Assembly (NCBI GenBank): GCA_016207415.1
Contig: JACQPT010000211.1
Span: 1-58,044, forward strand
Direction: 5' to 3'
Length of the DNA: 58,044 nt
From: Ignavibacteriales bacterium
GTDB taxonomy: Bacteria > Bacteroidota > Ignavibacteria > UBA10030
Position numbers and translations under genes: made by a program. Under the pieces are notes generated by a model. It was not told the origin of the DNA. It ran no database searches and saw only the letters and a program-made list of their open reading frames with translations. Below, piece by piece: positions 21,955-29,612 of the stretch; position 1 is the first letter of the stretch; the number at the start of each line of letters is the position of its first letter.

Positions 21955-22830
21955 CTATATCATCAGCCGCATCAGGCGTTTCCGGGCGGTGGCTACATAA
22001 TCGTCGTTCTTCTCGTACGCAACAAACTTCCGTCCGGTTTTCACTGCAGCGACGCAGGTAGAACCACTGCCGGCAAAGGGGTCAAGAATAATATCTCCCT
22101 TAAAACTGTACAGCTGGATAAGCCGTCTCGGAAGCTCGACAGGAAACGGAGCAGGATGTCCCACGCGTTTTGCGGATTCGGTTGGGAATGTCCAAATACT
22201 CTTTGTGAAATCAAGAAATTCCTTGCGCGAAATAGTGCTCTTGCGTACATGCCCGTTGCGTGAAAATTCTCCTTTGCAGAAGACGAGAATATACTCGTGA
22301 ACATCCCGCAGGGTGGGGTTTGAGGCCGACTGCCAGCTGCCCCAGGCCGTGGAGGCTCCTGCGCTGCCACCTTTGTTCCAGATGATTTCTCCCCGCATCT
22401 TGAAACCCATCTCCAACATATCTTGCATAATGTAGGAATGTAGCGGGATGTAAGGCTTTCGTCCGACGTTTGCCACGTTGATGCAGGCGCGGCCACCGGG
22501 GGTTAATACACGAAAGACCTCTTGCCAGACACGCTTCAAAAACGACCGGTATTCTCCAAGCGTAAAGTTCTCGTCGTACTCCTTTGAGACATTGTACGGC
22601 GGTGAAGTAATCATCAGGTGTACACTGTTGTCCGGCAGCTCTTCCATAGACTCGCTGCTTTTGCAGAAAATCGTGTTTGAGCAACCGTCGGGGATTTGCT
22701 GCGTTTGAGAAAAGTCCGCATCTGAACTCTGTAGATCGTCGTACAATCGACTGTTGTAAAAACGGGAGGAATCATGACTTCTTCTCCCTGAAGTTCCAAA
22801 ACTCGACGTCGATGTCTTCTTTGGCGGCAT
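21955..22830 (-). CDS. Beta-class DNA methyltransferase (N4/N6 family), SPPY type, orphan
   Basis: Motif IV (LMITSPPYN) precedes motif I (LDPFAGSGST). The ATG overlaps the esterase TGA by 1 nt. No nuclease candidate is adjacent. Confidence 0.85.
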   Translation of the reverse strand: MPPKKTSTSSFGTSGRRSHDSSRFYNSRLYDDLQSSDADFSQTQQIPDGCSNTIFCKSSESMEELPDNSVHLMITSPPYNVSKEYDENFTLGEYRSFLKRVWQEVFRVLTPGGRACINVANVGRKPYIPLHSYIMQDMLEMGFKMRGEIIWNKGGSAGASTAWGSWQSASNPTLRDVHEYILVFCKGEFSRNGHVRKSTISRKEFLDFTKSIWTFPTESAKRVGHPAPFPVELPRRLIQLYSFKGDIILDPFAGSGSTCVAAVKTGRKFVAYEKNDDYVATARKRLMRLMI

Positions 22831-23489
22831 CAGTCCTCGATCTTTGTCAATTGTTGCTTCAGCCAGGTCGACAAGTCCTGCAAGCTTTCCTCGCTGATGT
22901 GATGCCCGATGGGATATTCCCGGTACGTTAAGTCAGTTTTGACTTTTGAAAGTAGTTCATGTGAGCGCCTTCCTAGTTGAACGGGAATAACCGGGTCGAG
23001 TGTACCGTGAGCTACGAAGAACGCCGTTTCGCTCAAACGGTCCCAACGATAGTTATGGCCGGGTTCTTCGGGGATATAGCCGCTATGGGCGATCATACCT
23101 TTGATTTCATCCGGCCTTGAGAGTGTGAGGGCATAGGCCATCATCGATCCCATGCTGAAGCCGAGGAGATAGATATTCCCTGGATCGACCGCAAACTCTT
23201 TTCTGACCTCACCAAGGAAAAGAACGAGTCTCTCGTAGCTTTCGTTGAATTGGGCCAGTTCGGGTTTGCCTACCTCAAGCAATTCGTACCATGTGTAACC
23301 GCCATCAGGAAAACGGAAAGGCGCGCGGGCACTGATGATGAGCAAGCGTGGGTCAAGATATTCGCCGAGGCCAAGGAGGTCGTTTTCGTCGGCTCCGCGG
23401 CCGTGCAGGAGGAGCAATGTGGGGTGGAAAGTCGATTTCTGGCTCGGCGTTTTGATTTTGTATGAAAGCGAAGTGTTGATTTCCTGCAC
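22830..23489 (-). CDS. Phospholipase/carboxylesterase-family alpha/beta hydrolase
   Basis: LLLLHGRGADEND, nucleophile elbow GFSMGS, HG...D...H triad region. Start is uncertain: the tracked TTG at 23522 lies in the upstream terminator tail and a GTG at 23489 is likelier. Confidence 0.75.
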   Translation of the reverse strand: MQEINTSLSYKIKTPSQKSTFHPTLLLLHGRGADENDLLGLGEYLDPRLLIISARAPFRFPDGGYTWYELLEVGKPELAQFNESYERLVLFLGEVRKEFAVDPGNIYLLGFSMGSMMAYALTLSRPDEIKGMIAHSGYIPEEPGHNYRWDRLSETAFFVAHGTLDPVIPVQLGRRSHELLSKVKTDLTYREYPIGHHISEESLQDLSTWLKQQLTKIED

Positions 23490-23522
23490 AACACTTACAT
23501 ACCGAAATTTTACGACAAACAA

Positions 23523-23551
23523 AAGCCCAACCGAAACGACAAGTTGGGCTT
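23523..23551 (-). terminator. Rho-independent terminator after the CHRD gene
   Basis: Minus strand reads AAGCCCAAC-TTGTCGTTTCG-GTTGGGCTT, followed by TTTTGTTTGT. Confidence 0.65.
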
Positions 23552-23572
23552 TGCGGTACCGTTCTTCGAAAA

Positions 23573-25492
23573 CTATTTGAGCAGCACCATTTTCCTCGTT
23601 TCCACGAAATTGTCCGTAGACAACCTGTAAAAATACACGCCCGTTGTCAGCGCATTGGCGTTGAAATTCGCCTTGTAGCTGCCGGGTTGCTTTACTTCGT
23701 CCAGCAACGTAGCGACCTCCTGGCCGAGCAAGTTGTAAACTCTGAGTGACACGTGCTCAGTGCGTTCTATGTCAAACGCGATCGTCGTTGAAGGGTTGAA
23801 GGGGTTGGGGTAATTCTGACTGAGGTTGAAGGACGATGGTGCTTTGTCGGACACGACTTCAACAGCCGTCACAACAACATCACTGCCAAATCGGAGTTGC
23901 CCGCGAATCTCCCCTCCACCGTTTGCCGTTGTGTGAAAATTGAGATACAGCTTCCCTGAAAAAAGAGAGTCGATCAAAGCGCTCGTCAGGGGCTGTGTGC
24001 CGTCCGAAGTTGTCCAAACGCCCGAAATCGTTGTGTCCGCGCGAGCTCCTCCGGAGGCAACATTCTTTACGACTGGACCTACTACTCCAGGAGGACCTGC
24101 ATGGAAATGTCCGCCGGCAGAGAGAGGTCCGCTGAGCCCCAAGTACGTGATGCTATAATCAATTTGCGTACGCGCGGGGTTTAAAACGACGGACGCGGTG
24201 CCTGTTGCCGAGGTGTTGACAGGAGTTGGCTCCTGTGAGCCATCGAGTGTTGCCGTAAAACCAACGCCTGTTTCAAGCTCCACCTGGCCGCGAATTTCAC
24301 CACCTCCGTTGGCTAAAGTATGAAAATTTGCATACGAACGTCCGGCTAACAAAGATTCCACTAAAGCAGCAGTCAGTGGTTGTGTACCATCTGTGCTATT
24401 CCATGATCCTGCAAAAGTTGTGTCCGGCGGCGCTCCCCCCGAAGCGATGTTTCGAACGATTGGACCATTTACCCCGGGTGGTGCGGCGTGAAAATGTCCT
24501 CCCGCGGAGAGATTTCCCGTTAGGCTGTGATACGTGATTTCATAATTCGCTCTTGTCCTTCCTGAATTAAGCCAGAGCCATCCGGTTCCACGCCCGGGTG
24601 TCGCTACTGGAGTCGGTTCATTTGCGCCGCTCAACCGAATGGCAAACCCCGTCCCACTTATGAGTCTCAATGGGCCCCGGATTTCACCGCCACCATTTGC
24701 TGTAGTGTGAAAGTTGACATAGATCTTGCCAGCGAACAATGAGTCGACTAATGCAGAAGTCAATGGCTGAGTACCATCAGAGCTACTCCATACACCCGAG
24801 AATGTCGTATCTGGGGGTGGTCCGCCGCCAGTAATGGCACGAACGACGGGACCAACGACCCCAGGAGGCCCGGCATGGAAGTGGCCGCCCGCTGAAAGAG
24901 GTCCGCTTAAACCGCGGTAACTGATGTCGTATTTGAGTTGAGAGCGATCGGTAGAAAGAATGAATGCCCCAGTGCCTGTTGCTGGAGTGTTCACAGGAGT
25001 TGGCTCATTTGCGCCACTCAGCGATGCAACAAAGAGCAGTGGAGTATTAAGAACCAACTGTCCGCGGATTTCTCCACCTGTATTGGCTGATGTATGGAAA
25101 TTGACGTAGATTTTTCCTACCAGAAGTGACTCAACTAACGCCGTTGTCAAAGGCTGAGAGTCGGTCTTCCGCCATGTTCCCGAGAACGTCGCAGAAGCGG
25201 GATCACCCGCTGACGCGATGTTTCTGACGATCGGACCGCTAACGCCCAAAGATCCGACATGGAAGTGGCCGCCCACAGAGAGTGTACCGCTCAAACCCCG
25301 ATAGCTAACAACATACTTGAGTTCCGTGAGGCTGTCGTTCAGCATGAATGATCCCGTACCCGAGGCGGTCGCATTTACGGGGGTTGGTTCTTGAGATCCC
25401 GACAGGCTCGCTGTGAAATGAACCTGGGCGGATGCTCTCGTCATAATGCCCATGACAACAACCACGCACAAAAACCGTAAGACTGTTCTCAT
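23573..25492 (-). CDS. Secreted protein with four tandem CHRD domains and a T9SS C-terminal sorting domain
   Basis: Four ~128-aa repeats, each with L(S/D)G(S/A)(Q/N)EPTPV...GGHFH.G..GV.GP(I/V)V...FHT.ANGGGEIRG. The tail is NYPNPFNPSTTIAF...GVYFYRL...MVLLK*. Start chosen at MRTVLRF, which is preceded by GGAGGG. Confidence 0.85.
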   Translation of the reverse strand: MRTVLRFLCVVVVMGIMTRASAQVHFTASLSGSQEPTPVNATASGTGSFMLNDSLTELKYVVSYRGLSGTLSVGGHFHVGSLGVSGPIVRNIASAGDPASATFSGTWRKTDSQPLTTALVESLLVGKIYVNFHTSANTGGEIRGQLVLNTPLLFVASLSGANEPTPVNTPATGTGAFILSTDRSQLKYDISYRGLSGPLSAGGHFHAGPPGVVGPVVRAITGGGPPPDTTFSGVWSSSDGTQPLTSALVDSLFAGKIYVNFHTTANGGGEIRGPLRLISGTGFAIRLSGANEPTPVATPGRGTGWLWLNSGRTRANYEITYHSLTGNLSAGGHFHAAPPGVNGPIVRNIASGGAPPDTTFAGSWNSTDGTQPLTAALVESLLAGRSYANFHTLANGGGEIRGQVELETGVGFTATLDGSQEPTPVNTSATGTASVVLNPARTQIDYSITYLGLSGPLSAGGHFHAGPPGVVGPVVKNVASGGARADTTISGVWTTSDGTQPLTSALIDSLFSGKLYLNFHTTANGGGEIRGQLRFGSDVVVTAVEVVSDKAPSSFNLSQNYPNPFNPSTTIAFDIERTEHVSLRVYNLLGQEVATLLDEVKQPGSYKANFNANALTTGVYFYRLSTDNFVETRKMVLLK

Positions 25493-25695
25493 AAACCCTC
25501 CGGCAATTAGTGATTTGATGTTGTTAAATGTGGATAACCCTGACAAGCGCGAGGCAAAGTCTTTGTGTCCGGCCGCAGAAATGAAGAAAACAAATTCCCA
25601 ACTTTTTTGAGAATCATCTTAAAAAGGTAAGGAAGAGTGGTGGTTTTGGGATTCGGCTAATAAACCGCCGTCTCAGGCAGGAAGTTCCCAAGAAT

Positions 25696-25728
25696 CAAAA
25701 AAGCCTGACGTTTTTATGACGTCAGGCT
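25696..25728 (-). terminator. Rho-independent terminator after the bacilliredoxin gene
   Basis: Minus strand reads AGCCTGACG-TCATAAAAA-CGTCAGGCT, followed by TTTTTGATT. Confidence 0.75.
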
Positions 25729-25752
25729 CGGATGAAACGATAAAAACCTTAC

Positions 25753-26187
25753 TTATACGGTCTGTTTTTCAGTCGTCACGCAATGATCGTCAAACGCTCT
25801 CGTGAGCCGTTGAGTGACCTGTTCGACCGAATGTCCTTCAATCTGATGTCGGTGAATCATTTCCACAAGTTTTCCATCGCGCAGAAGGGCGAAGGATGGC
25901 GAGGAAGGCGGTTGATCGGTGAAATACTCTCGTGCACGTGCCGTTGCCTCTTTATCCTGGCCGGCAAAGACTGTGACAACTTTATCGGGAAGTACTGAGT
26001 GTTCCATCGCTTTTGTCAGTGCTGGTCTTGAAATCCCCGCCGCACACCCGCAGACAGAATTCACAACGACGAGCGTCGTGCCTTTGGACTTTGGAATCGC
26101 CGCATCCACCTCATCAGGCGTCCGCAGTTCTTGTGCCCCTACTTGTTTTACTTCATCCCTCATACGCTGAATGAGAATATCGTACAT
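25753..26187 (-). CDS. Bacilliredoxin (BrxA/BrxB, DUF1094/YphP family)
   Basis: 144 aa. Redox motif NSVCGCAAG in a thioredoxin-like context. Confidence 0.75.
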   Translation of the reverse strand: MYDILIQRMRDEVKQVGAQELRTPDEVDAAIPKSKGTTLVVVNSVCGCAAGISRPALTKAMEHSVLPDKVVTVFAGQDKEATARAREYFTDQPPSSPSFALLRDGKLVEMIHRHQIEGHSVEQVTQRLTRAFDDHCVTTEKQTV

Positions 26188-26254
26188 CCTAGAACCTCCA
26201 ATGATAGTGAGCTTTCAAGACTCAAAACGCAACAGTGTCACAATTTGTTCCCGT

Positions 26255-26523
26255 TCAAATGTTTTTTACGTGTGGTGGCTTAAAGCCACGATAGGTGTCG
26301 TATTTTGAATCGTAGAAGAGGAGCTGATAATTGCTGTCCCGCAAGGTCCCTCCGGATGGATAGAGGTAAAATTTTTCGATGTGTTCCGTCGTTTTAGCCG
26401 AAGGCTTACCGTTCTCGGAATAAAACTCGAGGATGTAGTATCCGTTCTTGAATTCCGCCGATTCCAACTGAAGTAGAATATTCGCATGACAAAAAATGCG
26501 AAAATCCTTTCCCGTTGCTTCAT
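26255..26523 (-). CDS. Small hypothetical protein, probably translationally coupled to the GroES-like gene; frame broken at a homopolymer
   Basis: The ATG at 26523 overlaps the upstream TGA (ATGA). MKQRERIFAFF then shifts at the T6 run (plus A6, 26491-26496) into ...CHANILLQLESAEFKNGYYILEFYSENGKP...KPPHVKNI*. Confidence 0.4.
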
Positions 26524-26912
26524 TCTCTGCCAAGAATCTCCCCAAGATCGTTCCTGCGAATGAGCATGAGAATGGATGAGTGGGGAGTGATAAGGTATTT
26601 CTGATTCTCGTACTCAACCTCGATTGCTGAGTCCCGCAGGAAAATAGCATAGTCTCCTTCCTCTGCCTGGAGCGGGAGGTATTTCACGGGGTCTTTTGGA
26701 GTTGTCGACCAGGGCTCCTGATCGATAAAATGGGGGTTTGGGACAGCATAACCAGGTCCCACGTTCACGACAAACCCGCTTTGGACTTTTTCCTTTTCTT
26801 TGACGCCTGGCGGCAGATACAGCCCATGCTGAGTCCTGTCAGATTCTTTATCCGGGGCGATAAGGACCTTATCGGCGACTAAAATGAGTCTTCTTTTTGT
26901 TTTGATTTCCAT
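26520..26912 (-). CDS. GroES-like (Cpn10-fold) protein, extended, no adjacent groEL
   Basis: MEIKTKRRLILVADKVLIAPDKESDRTQHGLYLPPGVKEKEKVQSGFVVNVGPG resembles the Cpn10 N-terminus and mobile loop. About 130 aa, longer than canonical GroES. Confidence 0.55.
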   Translation of the reverse strand: MEIKTKRRLILVADKVLIAPDKESDRTQHGLYLPPGVKEKEKVQSGFVVNVGPGYAVPNPHFIDQEPWSTTPKDPVKYLPLQAEEGDYAIFLRDSAIEVEYENQKYLITPHSSILMLIRRNDLGEILGRE

Positions 26913-26939
26913 GATCCACTTCCAAAACACTCAGTCTTG

Positions 26940-27013
26940 TCGGAACGGCGGGATTTGAACCCGCGACCCCTTGCACCCCAAGCAAGTGCGCTACCGGGCT
27001 GCGCCACGTTCCG
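26940..27013 (-). tRNA. tRNA-Pro (anticodon GGG)
   Basis: Hand-folded cloverleaf: CGGAACG TG GCGC AGCCCGGTA GCGC A CTTGC TTGGGGT GCAAG GGGTC GCGGG TTCAAAT CCCGC CGTTCCG A. CCA is not encoded. Confidence 0.9.
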
Positions 27014-27018
27014 GTGCT

Positions 27019-27047
27019 ACATTAACGCATTTCAATTCTTCGGACAA
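27019..27047 (-). promoter_or_regulatory. Putative sigma70-type promoter for the intact tRNA-Pro
   Basis: Minus strand has TTGTCC, 17 nt, TAATGT, ending 5 nt before the tRNA 5' end. Confidence 0.3.
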
Positions 27048-27063
27048 TTGATTTCCACTCTTT

Positions 27064-27283
27064 CTAGCCGGCGGGGAATTTCAAGAACCTCTCTCGTTTC
27101 ATAGCTTCACTTCTTGATTTGTATTCCTCTGAGTAAAAAAGCTTCCACCGTCGCCGGGATTTTGGGATCTTGACTCTGCATAGTTGTGTTTCTTCGTCCG
27201 CCCAAGTAAATCGCTTGTTTGGCCCTTGTAATAACTCCCATCGACTTCGCTGCGGACGACGTAGAAATTTTGAAGCTCATCAT
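27064..27283 (-). CDS. Small GIY-YIG nuclease (UPF0213-like), frame broken at two A4 runs
   Basis: Reading across the two shifts gives MMSFK(N)FYVVRSEVDGSYYKGQTSDLLGRTKKHNYAESRSQ(K)SRRRWKLFYSEEYKSRSEAMKRERFLKFPAG*. The shifts are at plus T4 runs 27268-27271 and 27160-27163. Confidence 0.75.
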
Positions 27284-27284
27284 G

Positions 27285-27373
27285 ACCTATGCACCCCAAG
27301 TCCCGAAGGGATCACTTCGTGACAAGGCGCTACCCGTCCCCAAGAGGTCCTTTCGGAGCTACACCACGTTCCG
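27285..27373 (-). pseudogene. tRNA-Pro-derived 5' fragment with hairpin insertions (degenerate paralog or structured leader)
   Basis: Minus strand reads CGGAACGTGGTGTAGC-TCCGAAAGGACCTCTTGGGGACG-GGTAGCGCCTTG-TCACGAAGTGATCCCTTCGGGA-CTTGGGGTGCATAGGTC. This matches tRNA-Pro positions 1-16, the D-stem 3' strand and the anticodon loop/stem. The T arm and 3' acceptor are missing. Confidence 0.6.
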
Positions 27374-27382
27374 ATGATTCTC

Positions 27383-27411
27383 AATATAGTCATACATTCC
27401 TCTTATGGCAA
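27383..27411 (-). promoter_or_regulatory. Putative sigma70-type promoter in front of the tRNA-like fragment
   Basis: Minus strand has TTGCCA, 17 nt, TATATT, ending 9 nt before the CGGAACG 5' end. Confidence 0.4.
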
Positions 27412-27487
27412 ACCGGGCTGAAATGATTGGAAACGGAGGCTTGCAGTTATTTTTGGGGAGAGCAAGCAATGGAAACGCCAGGGAAAA

Positions 27488-27868
27488 CTACTTGAACTTC
27501 GTCAGCAACCCTTCTAGAAATTCTCTCATCTGGACCATTTCAGCGCGGATATCTTCATCCTGGATTTTTTTCTTCGGAGGGACAGTCAGCAGCTCAAGTT
27601 GTTCTCCGCTATCGGGCTCGGGAATATATTCTTCAAGCACCTTCTTCGCGCCCTCGATGGTATATTTCTCGTCGCGAAGCAGTGTCTTAATGTGAAGAAT
27701 AAGCTTGATATCTTTGTTCGTATAAATCCTGTTACCGGCGCGGTTCTTTGCCGGCTTCAACTGGTCGAATTCCGTCTCCCAGTAGCGCAGGACATACTGC
27801 TCCAGGTCAGTGATCTTCGCCACTTCACTGATGGAATAATACAGTTTTCGTATGCCGGTGTGTTTCAT
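27488..27868 (-). CDS. MerR-family transcriptional regulator
   Basis: YSISEVAKITDLEQYVLRYWETEF...RAGNRIYTNKDI is the MerR winged HTH. Confidence 0.8.
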   Translation of the reverse strand: MKHTGIRKLYYSISEVAKITDLEQYVLRYWETEFDQLKPAKNRAGNRIYTNKDIKLILHIKTLLRDEKYTIEGAKKVLEEYIPEPDSGEQLELLTVPPKKKIQDEDIRAEMVQMREFLEGLLTKFK

Positions 27869-27921
27869 GACTTACAAAACTACCAAAATGTCCGTTGACT
27901 TGCAACGAACAGGCCGTCGTG

Positions 27922-28308
27922 CTACATCTTTTCAATCACTGCAAACGCAACGACAGTGGTTTCCGTGTGAGAAAGGGAAAGGTGAACGTGGCTGCCGGCA
28001 AGCGCTGATGCGACTTTCCCGTGCAAAACCACGCGTGGCTCACCAGAGGGCTGATTGACAACCTCAACGTCCCGCCAACGGAAAGTTCCGCTCCAGCCAG
28101 TGTGCATGGCCTTGGCAACGGCTTCTTTTGCCGCGAAGCGGGCTGCATAATGTGTGTGCGGAGATTTCTTGGACGAGCAATACGAAATCTCCCCTACTGT
28201 GAACATCTTCTTGAGGAAAGCCTCTTCCCAAGCGTCGATGGCGGCCTTCATACGGTCAACGTGAACGATATCCACGCCGATCCCCGCGATCATTTTCGAC
28301 CTCATCAT
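27922..28308 (-). CDS. acpS: Holo-[acyl-carrier-protein] synthase
   Basis: 128 aa. GIGVDIVHVDRM...RFAAKEAVAKA...SLSHT. Confidence 0.85.
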   Translation of the reverse strand: MMRSKMIAGIGVDIVHVDRMKAAIDAWEEAFLKKMFTVGEISYCSSKKSPHTHYAARFAAKEAVAKAMHTGWSGTFRWRDVEVVNQPSGEPRVVLHGKVASALAGSHVHLSLSHTETTVVAFAVIEKM

Positions 28309-28992
28309 TTATGCTCCGTTTTCCTTCCTAACGATGTCAATGAGCTGCGCAATGTCGTCGATATCGTAATCGGCGTTGGAAACTTGCGTGCTAAATGTAT
28401 CGCCGTAGCGGGCAAAGACGGTCTTCATGCCGACTTGAGTGGCGCCCACGACATCGCGCTCGGCCCAGTCCCCCACCATTAATGCTTCACTTGGCTCCAC
28501 CATGAGGCGCTCGAGTACTTTCTTGAAGGGCTCCGGACTCGGCTTTCGTTCGCCGGTATCGTCGAACGTCACCACAACGTCGAACATGTGGTGGAGATTC
28601 AGGTAGGTGAGCCTCAACCACGCTTCCTTTGACGGAGCGTCCGAAACGACAGCGAGCTTCAGGTGCATCTTCATCAACTCCATGAGCGCCATGTAAACAT
28701 GGGGGTACGGGACGAGCGCAGCCTCGCGCGCACGACGATAGGCAAGCACCCCGGCCGAGAGAATCTTGTAGTCAATCTTGCTGAACTCGTTGTACAACAG
28801 CTCGTCAAAAACAGTCTGGAATTCCATGCCGCGGACTTCATAAATCTCGTCGATGCGTTTTCTGATCTCGTCGACCGAAAGTTTCAAGCCCGCGTCTCTC
28901 ATCGCGTGAATAGCCGCATCGACCGCTTGGCGCTTCATCAACATGAAATCCACAAGCGTATTGTCAAGATCGAAGACGACAGCTTTGATCAT
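28309..28992 (-). CDS. HAD-superfamily hydrolase
   Basis: Motif I VVFDLDNTLV, motif II VVSDA, motif III/IV KP...MVGDWAERD. Confidence 0.8.
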   Translation of the reverse strand: MIKAVVFDLDNTLVDFMLMKRQAVDAAIHAMRDAGLKLSVDEIRKRIDEIYEVRGMEFQTVFDELLYNEFSKIDYKILSAGVLAYRRAREAALVPYPHVYMALMELMKMHLKLAVVSDAPSKEAWLRLTYLNLHHMFDVVVTFDDTGERKPSPEPFKKVLERLMVEPSEALMVGDWAERDVVGATQVGMKTVFARYGDTFSTQVSNADYDIDDIAQLIDIVRKENGA

Positions 28993-29012
28993 AGAGAAAA
29001 GCTATGAGGATA

Positions 29013-29044
29013 AATGGAGTAGTGGATTGTTGGATCAATGAAGT
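29013..29044 (+). repeat. 8-nt-periodic TGGA array, copy c
   Basis: Plus strand reads ATGGAGTA GTGGATTG TTGGATCA ATGAAGTT, antisense to the flanking genes. Confidence 0.6.
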
Positions 29045-29058
29045 TTGGAACGGCGCTG

Positions 29059-29490
29059 TTAGCTATTGCCTTCAATGAACGCACGGACGGCGAGCTCGTA
29101 ACTCAGCGCTCCGAAGCCCGCGATTACTCCCTTGCAGACCCCCGTCATGAGCGAATTGTGCCGAAACTCCTCGCGCGCTTGAGGGTTTGTGAGATGCACC
29201 TCAATCACTGAAACTTTGAGAGCGGCGACGGCGTCGCGGATAGCAACCGACGTATGCGTATAACCGCCCGCATTCAGGATAACTCCGTCCGTCATACCGT
29301 CCATCGCCTTTTGCAAAAAGTTGACGATCTCACCCTCGACGTTGGATTGATAGAATTCAAACTTGACCTTATCAAACTTCTCCTTGAGTTGATTCTCAAT
29401 ATCCCACAACGAAAGCTTGCCGTATTTTTCCGGCTCTCGTTTGCCGAGAAGGTTGAGATTGGGACCGTTGATGACGAGGATGCGCATCAT
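29059..29490 (-). CDS. aroQ: Type II 3-dehydroquinate dehydratase
   Basis: 143 aa. ILVINGPNLNLLGKREPEKYG...NAGGYTHTSVAIRDA...EVHLTN. Confidence 0.9.
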   Translation of the reverse strand: MMRILVINGPNLNLLGKREPEKYGKLSLWDIENQLKEKFDKVKFEFYQSNVEGEIVNFLQKAMDGMTDGVILNAGGYTHTSVAIRDAVAALKVSVIEVHLTNPQAREEFRHNSLMTGVCKGVIAGFGALSYELAVRAFIEGNS

Positions 29491-29612
29491 TGAAAGATTG
29501 AATTAAGAATATGGAATGTCGAATGTCCAATAAAGAAGTTACCTTGATGCAAGGGTCCGATTTGAACTTCATCATTCATTATTCTTCTGTTCGATATTCA
29601 ATATTCATTCTT

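Noticed and set aside
21955-23522. A restriction-modification or other defence pair formed by the methyltransferase and its upstream neighbour.
   Set aside because: The neighbour has a clear alpha/beta-hydrolase esterase signature (GFSMGS, HGRG) and no nuclease motifs. The other neighbour is an NlpC/P60 peptidase.
23573-25492. The repetitive ~380-nt periodicity could be taken for a repeat array or CRISPR-like structure.
   Set aside because: The repeats are in-frame, diverged protein-domain repeats (CHRD) within a single ORF. There are no short identical direct repeats with unique spacers.
26524-26650. The N-terminal 43 codons of tracked ORF 26255-26650.
   Set aside because: This part lies entirely inside the GroES-like gene in another frame and has no family signal. 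The real start is more likely the ATG at 26523, in a frame that rejoins the ORF at a homopolymer.
26940-27373. A tRNA-Pro gene interrupted by a group I intron carrying the GIY-YIG ORF.
   Set aside because: The downstream tRNA at 26940-27013 is a complete cloverleaf with its own 5' half, so the upstream piece is an extra partial copy, not exon 1. I also see no group I core elements.
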